A stretch of 64,000 nucleotides of DNA from an uncultured Chthonomonadaceae bacterium (lineage in GTDB: Bacteria; Armatimonadota; Chthonomonadetes; Chthonomonadales; Chthonomonadaceae): positions 683,651 through 747,650 of the forward strand of contig CAWFQB010000003.1 in NCBI GenBank assembly GCA_963817895.1, in the 5' to 3' direction. The notes beneath the pieces were generated by a model. That model was given only the letters and a program-made list of their open reading frames with translations, did no database searches and was not told where the DNA came from. Position 1 is the stretch's first letter, and every line of letters begins with the position of its first letter. The translations under genes were made by a program, and so were the position numbers. This document shows positions 10,829-18,636 of the stretch, piece after piece.

Positions 10829-10899
10829 TGAGTGAGAGTGGAGAGTGCAAGAGTGAGAGTACTCGCATTGTCTCTCACTCTCACTCTTCACTCTCCACT
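10829..10899. repeat. Inverted pair of GAGAGT(G)-type tandem repeats
   Basis: gagtgagagtggagagtgcaagagtgagagt ... ctctcactctcactcttcactctccact. Confidence 0.8.
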
Positions 10900-10907
10900 T
10901 TTACTGC

Positions 10908-11207
10908 CTATTCCGGTTCCAATATCGGGCCGAGGATGGGACGTTTGGGCGCGGGGCTTTTGCCGCGTCGCGTGACCGGAATTTCCTGCTGTTCGTAATG
11001 ATCCTGTATATGCGTCAGGTTGGTGGAAATCTGGCGCGCGTTCGCGTTAGTGATGTTGAGCGCCCACCGCATCGCGCCCACCAGCGTCAGGCTCAGGACG
11101 ACGACCAGCATGGCGCGCGTCATCAGGCCGCTTTGAATAGCAGTTTCCCGCGCTTCCACGCGACCGGACGGTTCCGGCAACAACAAGGATTTTTTCGTTT
11201 GCTTCAT
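10908..11207 (-). CDS. Hypothetical single-TM protein between hisB and hisH
   Basis: 99-aa ORF with GGAG upstream and one hydrophobic helix. Confidence 0.55.
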   Translation of the reverse strand: MKQTKKSLLLPEPSGRVEARETAIQSGLMTRAMLVVVLSLTLVGAMRWALNITNANARQISTNLTHIQDHYEQQEIPVTRRGKSPAPKRPILGPILEPE

Positions 11208-11265
11208 GTGCGTTTCTCCGATGAAGAGGATGATTCGAGTCGCCTTCTGGAGAAATCAATATACA

Positions 11266-11333
11266 AGTGGAGAGTGAGAGTGAAGAGTGAGAGAACAAGC
11301 GTTCTCTCTCACTCTCACTCTCCACTCTCACTT
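11266..11333. repeat. Inverted pair of GAGAGT(G)-type tandem repeats
   Basis: aagtggagagtgagagtgaagagtgagagaac-aagc-gttctctctcactctcactctccactctcactt, abutting the hisB stop. Confidence 0.8.
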
Positions 11334-11923
11334 TAAAGAACGCCCTTCGTGGAGGGGATTCCCTGAACGCGGGGGTCATGCGCCATTGCCTGCGCTGCCG
11401 CCCGCCCGAACGCTTTGAACGCCGCTTCAATGATATGGTGCGTGTTCGTCCCCGCCATCTGGCGCAGGTGTACCGTCCAGCCTGCGTTGACGGCAACCGC
11501 CCGGAAAAACTCCGGCACTAATTCGGTTGTAAAATCGCCTAACTTCGGCGTCGGCAGGGCCAGGTCGCAGGCCAGAAAGCCGCGCCCGCTGATGTCAATG
11601 GCGCAAAACACGAGCGCCTCATCCATCGGCACGGCGCAGTTGCCCACCCGCGCGATGCCCGCCCGGTCGCCCAATGCTTCCGCAAACGCCTTGCCCAGCA
11701 CAATGCCCACATCCTCGACGGTATGGTGGTCGTCTATATGCAGATCGCCCGTCACCTGCACATCCAATTGCAGCAGGCCATGTTTGGCGATATGCGTGAG
11801 CATGTGGTCGAAAAACCCCACGCCTGTCGCAATCGCGCTTTCGCCGCCTTCTATAGACAGCATTAGTTTAATATCGGTTTCCGCAGTTTTGCGGTGTATG
11901 GTTGCTTCGCGGGGTTGGCTCAT
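11333..11923 (-). CDS. hisB: Imidazoleglycerol-phosphate dehydratase
   Basis: TGVGFFDHML, DDHHTVEDVGI, PMDEAL, NTHHIIEAAFKA, IPSTKGVL. Confidence 0.95.
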   Translation of the reverse strand: MSQPREATIHRKTAETDIKLMLSIEGGESAIATGVGFFDHMLTHIAKHGLLQLDVQVTGDLHIDDHHTVEDVGIVLGKAFAEALGDRAGIARVGNCAVPMDEALVFCAIDISGRGFLACDLALPTPKLGDFTTELVPEFFRAVAVNAGWTVHLRQMAGTNTHHIIEAAFKAFGRAAAQAMAHDPRVQGIPSTKGVL

Positions 11924-12151
11924 AATATTCAGACGAAATTCCAATCGCGCAAGTTTGCTTCCTTCAAAATTAGTGATAGTGAGTTTAGCATTTTTCCACT
12001 GCCGGACACAATGGACAAACGGCACGATGCGCCCCTTTTTGTCGTACATATCTTCGAGTAGAAAATAAGCCCTGCGCCAATACACGCAACGCTTTCAGAG
12101 GGACAAGTTCGCCAGTACATCATTTGCCACTATATCAGGAGAAAAAACACT

Positions 12152-12976
12152 ATGCTTGCGCCGGAAACAATTCGTTTGTGGCAGGGGGATGCGCCTCGTT
12201 CGCAGGGTACGGCGGATTCGGACATTCCCACGCTGACGATTTACCGCCCGCAGCCGGAGAAGGCGAACGGCGCGGCGGTTGTCGTGTGTCCCGGCGGCGG
12301 GTACGGCGGATTGGCGGCGCACGAGGGGCAGCCGATAGCCGAATGGCTGAACACGCTCGGCGTGACGAGTTTTGTTCTGAAATATCGGCTTGGGCCGCGC
12401 TACCGGCATCCGGTCGAGATGAGCGATGCGCAGCGCGCGTTGCGAACCGTTCGTTCCCGCGCCGGGGAATGGAAACTGGACGCGCATAAAATCGGTATCA
12501 TCGGTTTTTCCGCCGGGGGACATCTCGCTTCTACAGCCGCCACGCATTTCGATGAGGGGGACGCGAAAGCGGCTGATCCGATAGACCGCGTTTCGTGTCG
12601 CCCCGACCTTGCCATTCTCGCATATCCTGTGATTACCATGACCGACCCGTTCACGCACGGCGGCAGCCGAACCAATCTGCTTGGCGACAAGCCTGATCCC
12701 GAACTGGTTAACCTGCTTTCCAATGAGCGGCAAATTACAACCAAAACCCCGCCCGTTTTCCTGCTGCATACCGCCGACGACGCTGTTGTTCCGGTAGAAA
12801 ACAGCCTGTTGTTCGCCCTTGCCTGCCGCGCCGCCCGCGTCCCGTTTGAACTGCACATCTTTGAACACGGGCCGCACGGCATCGGGTTGGGCGGCAACGA
12901 TCCCGTTTTGAGTACGTGGCCGACAGCCTGCGCCGCATGGCTGAAGTCCCACAATTTTCTGTCCGCAGCAAAATAA
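12152..12976 (+). CDS. Alpha/beta hydrolase (acetylxylan/feruloyl esterase-like)
   Basis: VCPGGGY, GFSAGG nucleophile elbow, DDAVVP, GPHG. Confidence 0.85.
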   Translation: MLAPETIRLWQGDAPRSQGTADSDIPTLTIYRPQPEKANGAAVVVCPGGGYGGLAAHEGQPIAEWLNTLGVTSFVLKYRLGPRYRHPVEMSDAQRALRTVRSRAGEWKLDAHKIGIIGFSAGGHLASTAATHFDEGDAKAADPIDRVSCRPDLAILAYPVITMTDPFTHGGSRTNLLGDKPDPELVNLLSNERQITTKTPPVFLLHTADDAVVPVENSLLFALACRAARVPFELHIFEHGPHGIGLGGNDPVLSTWPTACAAWLKSHNFLSAAK

Positions 12977-12983
12977 ATGGTTG

Positions 12984-13053
12984 CAAAAACAACCCACGCG
13001 GCTGTCTTTGACCTTGCAAACACGGTCAAAGACAGCCGCGTGGGTTGTTTTTG
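12984..13053. terminator. Long perfect hairpin, probable intrinsic terminator
   Basis: caaaaacaacccacgcggctgtctttgacc-N10-ggtcaaagacagccgcgtgggttgtttttg just downstream of the hydrolase stop. Confidence 0.7.
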
Positions 13054-13116
13054 TTTCCCACTCTGCGCGTCCTGCCGGAGTTATACGCCATTCTCGCAAA
13101 TATTTTCTTTTGCGCC

Positions 13117-13147
13117 TTGACTTCGAGTTGACTCTAAGTTGTACACT
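13117..13147 (+). promoter_or_regulatory. MerR-type promoter with operator
   Basis: TTGACT-N19-TACACT; dyad ACTTCGAGT-TG-ACTCTAAGT (13120-13139) overlaps the spacer. Confidence 0.8.
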
Positions 13148-13153
13148 GCTTGT

Positions 13154-13729
13154 ATGGACAACTCCGAACCGCAAAACGCCATGCCTCACGCCTGCTTTTC
13201 CATACAGCAGGTGAGCGAACGCACCGGCCTGAGCGCGTATACCCTGCGCTATTATGAGCAGGAGGGCTTGCTCGATCCCATCCGGCGCGACGCGGGCGGG
13301 CGACGACGCTACACAATGGAGGATGTGGCGCGGGTTGCCCTGCTGATACTGATGCGCGACATGGGATTGACGCTCGCGCAGATACGGGCATTTACGGCCC
13401 TGATGCGGGAGGGGGACTCAGCGGCCCCGGAACGCCGCGCCCTGATTGAAGCGCATCAGGCGCAGGTGCAGGCGCAGGTGGAAGCCCTGTGCGCAAACCT
13501 GAAAATGATCGAGGAAAAGCTCGCTATGATGCGCCGCGTGGAAAGCGATCCGAATGAAAAGGCCGGATGGCAGGAACGTTGTCTGGAACTGCTGCAAAAG
13601 CGTAATGCAAGTCGGGCGCAGCCCGCGCTATCGGTCACAGACGCGGACGCGCAAACGCAAGCCAGGACAATAAAGAGACAGTGCAACAATCGCAAACGAA
13701 ACAACGACGAGAAGGAAACACAAACATGA
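13154..13729 (+). CDS. MerR-family transcriptional regulator (AdhR/NmlR-like)
   Basis: FSIQQVSERTGLSAYTLRYYEQEGLL..GGRRRY. Confidence 0.9.
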   Translation: MDNSEPQNAMPHACFSIQQVSERTGLSAYTLRYYEQEGLLDPIRRDAGGRRRYTMEDVARVALLILMRDMGLTLAQIRAFTALMREGDSAAPERRALIEAHQAQVQAQVEALCANLKMIEEKLAMMRRVESDPNEKAGWQERCLELLQKRNASRAQPALSVTDADAQTQARTIKRQCNNRKRNNDEKETQT

Positions 13730-14622
13730 AAGTATTTTTGACAGGCGCCACCGGCTTTATCGGTTCCGCCATTGTGCCGGAACTCATCAACGCGGGCCAT
13801 CAGGTACTCGGTTTGACGCGCTCGGAGACGGGGGCGCAGTCTCTGCGCGCTGCGGGAGCCGAAGCGCATCGCGGAGATTTGGAAGACTTGGAGAGTATCC
13901 GCGCCGGAGCCGCGATGTCGGATGGCGTCATCCACTGCGCTTTCAGCCACGACTTCTCAACCTTCTCGGCCTTCGTCGCGAGTTGCGAACAGGACCGGCG
14001 CGTCATTGAGACGATTGGGGACGCGCTGGTTGGCTCTGGCCGCCCTCTGCTCATCACCTCCGGGACGGGAATAGGCAGCGCTGTACCCGGACAGCCCGCG
14101 ACCGAAGATGTTGTCAACCTCAGCCACCCGAACCCGCGCATCGCTTCGGAACAGGCAGGGGCGGCCGTGGCGGAGCGCGGCGTCAACGTATCCATAGTAC
14201 GCCTTCCGCAAGTTCACGACCCTTACAAGCAGGGACTTATCACCCCCTTGATTCAGTTGGCCCGTGAGAAGGGCGTTTCGGCGTATGCCGGTGACGGCCT
14301 CAACCGCTGGCCCGCCGCGCATGTTCTCGATGTCGCGCGCCTCTACCGGCTGGCCCTAGAAAAGCAGGAAGCGGGCAGCAGATACCACGCGGTCGCTGAG
14401 GAGGGCATCCCGGTTCGGGACGTCGCGGAGATCATTGGCCGGGGCTTGAAGGTGGCGACGGTCAGCCTGTCTGCGGAGGAGGCGATCTCACATTTCGGGT
14501 GGTTCGGCGCGTTAGCATCTCTTGACATGCCCGCTTCCAGCGCGCAAACACAGGAACGGCTGGGATGGCATCCGACCGGCCCCGGATTGATGGCCGATCT
14601 CGAACAAATGCGCTGCTTCTGA
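13726..14622 (+). CDS. SDR / NAD-dependent epimerase-dehydratase family oxidoreductase
   Basis: VFLTGATGFIGS; ATGA overlap with the merR stop. Confidence 0.9.
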   Translation: MKVFLTGATGFIGSAIVPELINAGHQVLGLTRSETGAQSLRAAGAEAHRGDLEDLESIRAGAAMSDGVIHCAFSHDFSTFSAFVASCEQDRRVIETIGDALVGSGRPLLITSGTGIGSAVPGQPATEDVVNLSHPNPRIASEQAGAAVAERGVNVSIVRLPQVHDPYKQGLITPLIQLAREKGVSAYAGDGLNRWPAAHVLDVARLYRLALEKQEAGSRYHAVAEEGIPVRDVAEIIGRGLKVATVSLSAEEAISHFGWFGALASLDMPASSAQTQERLGWHPTGPGLMADLEQMRCF

Positions 14623-14799
14623 AGCTTATGGACAAATCACCTGAACATTGGACAATCGCGTTCATACCTGAGAAGGCTGATTGTCCAACTTCATTCTGAT
14701 TTGTCCATTACAAGTATGCTCAATCTGCATACTGAACGCGCCGAGCATCAAGCGGGTGACAATTGCGCGCGGTGGTGAACTCCTGATGCAGAGCAACAT

Positions 14800-16728
14800 T
14801 CACGGCCTGGCAGGCGTCTTTTTCTCACGGGAAAGAGAACCCCCTAACTGGAATACAGGCCCATTCTGCATTATATATTCGGTTCCGGGAGGTAAAAGGA
14901 CGGGGCGGGGCGTCGGTTGCGTTTCCAGCGTAAGGTTGATCGTTACGAGTTTCTCACCGTGTCGCGCAATGGCGACGACCTTTTGCCCCGCTTTCATCGG
15001 CAATATCACCGCCCGTACCTCGCTTGTGGTATGAACCTGCTTGCCGTTCAGGCTAACGAGAATATCTGACGGCTGAATTCCTAATTTGGACGCGGGCGAA
15101 TTGGCGTACACGCCCCTTACACGAACTTGCGAATTTAAGCGAATCGCGCCGTTATCCTCTTGCGCGTTGTCTATGTCGTCCAGAGCCACTCCGAGCCACG
15201 CATGAACAATGTCTTTGCCCGCTTTCAACTCCTCGATTACGTCCTTCATGGCGTTGATGGGAATGGCGAACCCGGTTCCGGGGCTGACGGTCAGCGGGCG
15301 TGGCGCATTTACGCCGGTATCCGGCACAAACACGGTGGTTTTGTTGCCGTTGCCGCCCTGCGCATACACGGTTCCTGTCTGAAAACCATCTGCGGAATAC
15401 CGTAAAACGCTTTTCCCGTTCCAAAAATATGTCGTTTCTGCCAGCAGTCGCGTCGCTGCATTGCCGGCAGCCGTTGTTCTGACGCTGGCAGCCGCGTTAT
15501 TTCCGAGTGTTTGATGCGTTGGGGCGGAAGGGGCAGAGTTATTGACCGGCGCGGACGGCGATATGGTTCCATTTCGGGTTTGAAAAGAGGCATCCACGTA
15601 CCCGCTGGACGCAGAGGGCGTAGGTTCGGGCGCGAGCGCGGCGGCGATCATGCCGATCACTTCGCCCCGCGCGTTCAGGATGGGGGCGCCGCTGGTTCCC
15701 GCGCCCACCGCGCTGTCCACCTGTAACAGCACAGGATAAAAATGCGCCCCGGAATAGAACCCCTGCGGGCGTATGCCGGAAACCAGTCCGAGCGCGACGG
15801 AATTGTACTGCCCCGCCTGATTGCCGATGGAAATGGCGAAATGTCCCGGCGCGACTTTGTCGCTGTCGCCGAGCGCGAGAGCGGGCAGGGTGACATTCGC
15901 CGCCAACCGCACCAGCCCGACATTACGTTCGCTGTCTACGGCAACCAGCATGGCGCGTATCCGGCGTCCATCATCCGAGGTGACAATGGGGCTGCTCATG
16001 CCCTGCGCGACATCCGCTGTGGTGACAATATAGCCATCCCCAACCGAAAATCCGCTGCCGGACTTGGGCGTAGCAGAGCGCAAACTCTCTGCGGTAACAA
16101 AGGGAGCGTACTGCGCGTTCGGTGTCCCGGCCTTGCGCTGCGCCTGCGCCGCTTTCAAATCCACTAAAACATGCGCCTGCTGCTGCTGCGAGGTTTGCAG
16201 GTCCGCGTTTGACACGACCCCGGCGTTTACCTGTTGCTGTAGCAGTTTGATCTGTTCGGCGTAGGATTTTCGGTCGCCTTCCAGTTCGGCAATACGGGCG
16301 TCCAGATCGCGTTGTTGCTGCGCGGCCAAACTTTCGCGCCCGAAACCGGCAATTTTCTGCTGCAAAAACGTCAGGCGCGTATCCAGCCGCGCCAGTTCTC
16401 GGCGGGGCTTTTCCACTTCCAGAGCGGGAATCACTCCGGCGCGATACCGTTGTTCTTCCTGCGCCGCTTTTACCGCCGCCGCTGCCCGGTCTATCCGCAA
16501 ATGCGCCAGTTGGTTCTCCAGGTCGGCTTTTTCCAGCGCGGAATTGTTGTAGCTGACCACAACGGCGCGGGCGTCCTCGATGGACACGATACAACTCCGC
16601 GCTTTGCTGGCAACCGTCGCCATCTCGTTCTGCATCTGTTCCAGAATGTTGTCCGCCCCTGCGGGATACGCGCTCAGGCTGCCGCCGATAAACGCGATTC
16701 CCAAAGTCAATGCGGCCTGTTTTACCAT
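14800..16728 (-). CDS. Exported HtrA-like trypsin/PDZ protein with helical insert and degenerate catalytic triad
   Basis: Signal peptide; SGSGFSVG, LGDSDKV, GTSGAPILNARGEVIG; C-terminal PDZ (WLGV..SPASKLGIQPSDIL). Confidence 0.8.
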   Translation of the reverse strand: MVKQAALTLGIAFIGGSLSAYPAGADNILEQMQNEMATVASKARSCIVSIEDARAVVVSYNNSALEKADLENQLAHLRIDRAAAAVKAAQEEQRYRAGVIPALEVEKPRRELARLDTRLTFLQQKIAGFGRESLAAQQQRDLDARIAELEGDRKSYAEQIKLLQQQVNAGVVSNADLQTSQQQQAHVLVDLKAAQAQRKAGTPNAQYAPFVTAESLRSATPKSGSGFSVGDGYIVTTADVAQGMSSPIVTSDDGRRIRAMLVAVDSERNVGLVRLAANVTLPALALGDSDKVAPGHFAISIGNQAGQYNSVALGLVSGIRPQGFYSGAHFYPVLLQVDSAVGAGTSGAPILNARGEVIGMIAAALAPEPTPSASSGYVDASFQTRNGTISPSAPVNNSAPSAPTHQTLGNNAAASVRTTAAGNAATRLLAETTYFWNGKSVLRYSADGFQTGTVYAQGGNGNKTTVFVPDTGVNAPRPLTVSPGTGFAIPINAMKDVIEELKAGKDIVHAWLGVALDDIDNAQEDNGAIRLNSQVRVRGVYANSPASKLGIQPSDILVSLNGKQVHTTSEVRAVILPMKAGQKVVAIARHGEKLVTINLTLETQPTPRPVLLPPGTEYIMQNGPVFQLGGSLSREKKTPARP

Positions 16729-17639
16729 GCTCGTTCCTCTCCATTCCGGCTTGATGCTTCGTTATTCTGGCTTTTGGCATCCGTAGACAAGCAATCCATG
16801 ACATAAGCGCGTGGGCGGCGCGGTTCCGCTTCCGTCTCCGCGCCTGTCAGAACATAATTCGGCGTTTCGGCAGTCAGGGTAACAACCATCGGCGTAAACC
16901 CTCCTGCCAACAAGCCGGGTGCAGTGGGGTTCTGCTGTGGCCGTACTGTCTCATTTCGCGCCACCAGCAAACCATGCGATTGCGCAAAATGGCGACTGCG
17001 AACGGATGTTCCGCTGCGCTCCGCGACTGAATTGGCGCGTGTAAATTTCTTATCTGCCACAAGAGAAAATCTGGAAAGCCGAGACGGAGGCGCAAATGGG
17101 CGCGTTAAATGAGGCATAGCGCCCAGACTGCTTTTCCGCAGAAACGACTTTTCAAAAGCGATACGTTCTTCCCCGTTTCCTGCGTTCTCTACCGGAATTT
17201 TCGCCACAGAGGGACGCGCTATACCCTGTTTCGCAGGCCGAGTTTGCGATGTTTCTGATATTAAAAATGCCCGCTCACTGCCGCGTGGAACAAGCGCGGC
17301 CCACAACAGCGCCATTGCCGCAACAGACCCGGCGCCCATCAGAACGCGATACGGAACTGCTTTTCTCATTGGCGCGGGTTGAGGCGTGACGGGTATGGCA
17401 GCCAAACGCGCCTGCGCGTCCGACCAATTGGTTTGCGTGGCCGGAACATGCGCATGCCGCAGCATTTCCAATCCCTGCCCGATACGGGCAATCGTTTGCA
17501 GTTGCGTTTGGCAGGCGGCGCAATGCGCTAAATGCGCGTTCACGCGCGCTTTCTGGTCCGGCTTTAATTGTTCGCCCGCATATTGCCACAGCAGCGGTTC
17601 TATGCGCTTGCAGTTGTGTATGAATATCTTGCGCAACAT
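16722..17639 (-). CDS. Zinc-binding anti-sigma factor (zf-HC2) with TM helix
   Basis: HLAHCAAC, TM segment, directly downstream of the ECF sigma. Confidence 0.8.
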   Translation of the reverse strand: MLRKIFIHNCKRIEPLLWQYAGEQLKPDQKARVNAHLAHCAACQTQLQTIARIGQGLEMLRHAHVPATQTNWSDAQARLAAIPVTPQPAPMRKAVPYRVLMGAGSVAAMALLWAALVPRGSERAFLISETSQTRPAKQGIARPSVAKIPVENAGNGEERIAFEKSFLRKSSLGAMPHLTRPFAPPSRLSRFSLVADKKFTRANSVAERSGTSVRSRHFAQSHGLLVARNETVRPQQNPTAPGLLAGGFTPMVVTLTAETPNYVLTGAETEAEPRRPRAYVMDCLSTDAKSQNNEASSRNGEERAW

Positions 17640-17643
17640 AATT

Positions 17644-18246
17644 TTATTTCTCCAATGCCTGTACCCGTTCGCGCAGGGAGCGACGGGCGCGGAAAACGCG
17701 GAGTTTTGCGCTCACGGCGGAGCAGCCTAAAATTGCCCCGATTTCCACATAATTCAGTTCTTCAATATCGTGCAGAACAATGATTTCCCGCTGCGCGACG
17801 GGCATGCCGCGCAGGGCGCACAACACCGTTGCCATCGTTTCGGCGCGTTCCACAAGGGCGTGAGGGTCGGAACCGTAGCCCTCATCGCGCCACTCTTCGG
17901 AGCGCAGCCCCGCATCATATTGTACTTTACGCTTTTCCCACGATTTCAGCCTGTCCCGGCACAAATTGCCGCAAATTTTGAACAGCCACGTTTGCAGGCT
18001 GGAATCGCTACGAAATTTCCCGATTGCCTGATATGCCCGCGCGAATGTTTCCTGCTTCACGTCGTCCGCATCCTCGCGGTGGCCGAGCAGATGGTAGGCG
18101 TAGCGAAACACCTGCCGCTCATAACAAGCGTAGATTTCACTGAACGCTTCCAAATCTCCGGCGCGGCAACGCGCTGCCAGTTGGTCTTCCTCTACAGGCA
18201 TTGCCACTCCACGCGTTGCGATTCTAACTTCCATCCGTCGTTCCAA
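17644..18246 (-). CDS. ECF RNA polymerase sigma-70 factor (start codon uncertain)
   Basis: DADDVKQETFARAY..LQTWLFKICGNLC; region 4 LNYVEIGAILGCSAVSAKLRVFRAR. Confidence 0.9.
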   Translation of the reverse strand: MERRMEVRIATRGVAMPVEEDQLAARCRAGDLEAFSEIYACYERQVFRYAYHLLGHREDADDVKQETFARAYQAIGKFRSDSSLQTWLFKICGNLCRDRLKSWEKRKVQYDAGLRSEEWRDEGYGSDPHALVERAETMATVLCALRGMPVAQREIIVLHDIEELNYVEIGAILGCSAVSAKLRVFRARRSLRERVQALEK

Positions 18247-18248
18247 TC

Positions 18249-18359
18249 GGTGTTCAGGTGTTCAGGTATTCAGGTGTGTCGCTGATAACATTGCCACAAG
18301 TAAAAAATGTTCTGTGCCACATTGTCCTGAATACCCGAACACCTGAACACCTGAACACC
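18249..18359. repeat. Inverted pair of GGTGTTCA octamer repeats
   Basis: ggtgttcaggtgttcaggtattcaggtgt ... aatacccgaacacctgaacacctgaacacc. Confidence 0.8.
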
Positions 18360-18512
18360 AAACTTCCTTGTTGCCATACCAGACGAAGCGCGTTCAGGAA
18401 CGTATCAACGATTTCGCAGACAATGCTTACGAGATTTTAATTGCGCTGCCCCTGTGTAGCCATCCGTTCAGGTTGACCATACTCACTCCCAAAGGCTATA
18501 CTATTGGAAAGA

Positions 18513-18623
18513 AGTCGGTAGTCAGTAGTCAGTAGAAACGCTCGTTTTCTACAAAAGATGCTATATACGCTACAACCTTGCAGTTTTGCCCTACCGACTA
18601 CCGACTACTGACTACCGACTACT
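18513..18623. repeat. Inverted pair of GTAGTC(A/G)-type heptamer repeats upstream of purL
   Basis: agtcggtagtcagtagtcagtag ... ctaccgactaccgactactgactaccgactact. Confidence 0.8.
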
Positions 18624-18636
18624 TCTGGAGCAACTC

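Noticed and set aside
11924..12150. 54-aa N-terminal extension of HisB or a small upstream gene
   Set aside because: AT-rich divergent intergenic region; HisB homology starts at Met 11923 and the extension has no recognisable motif
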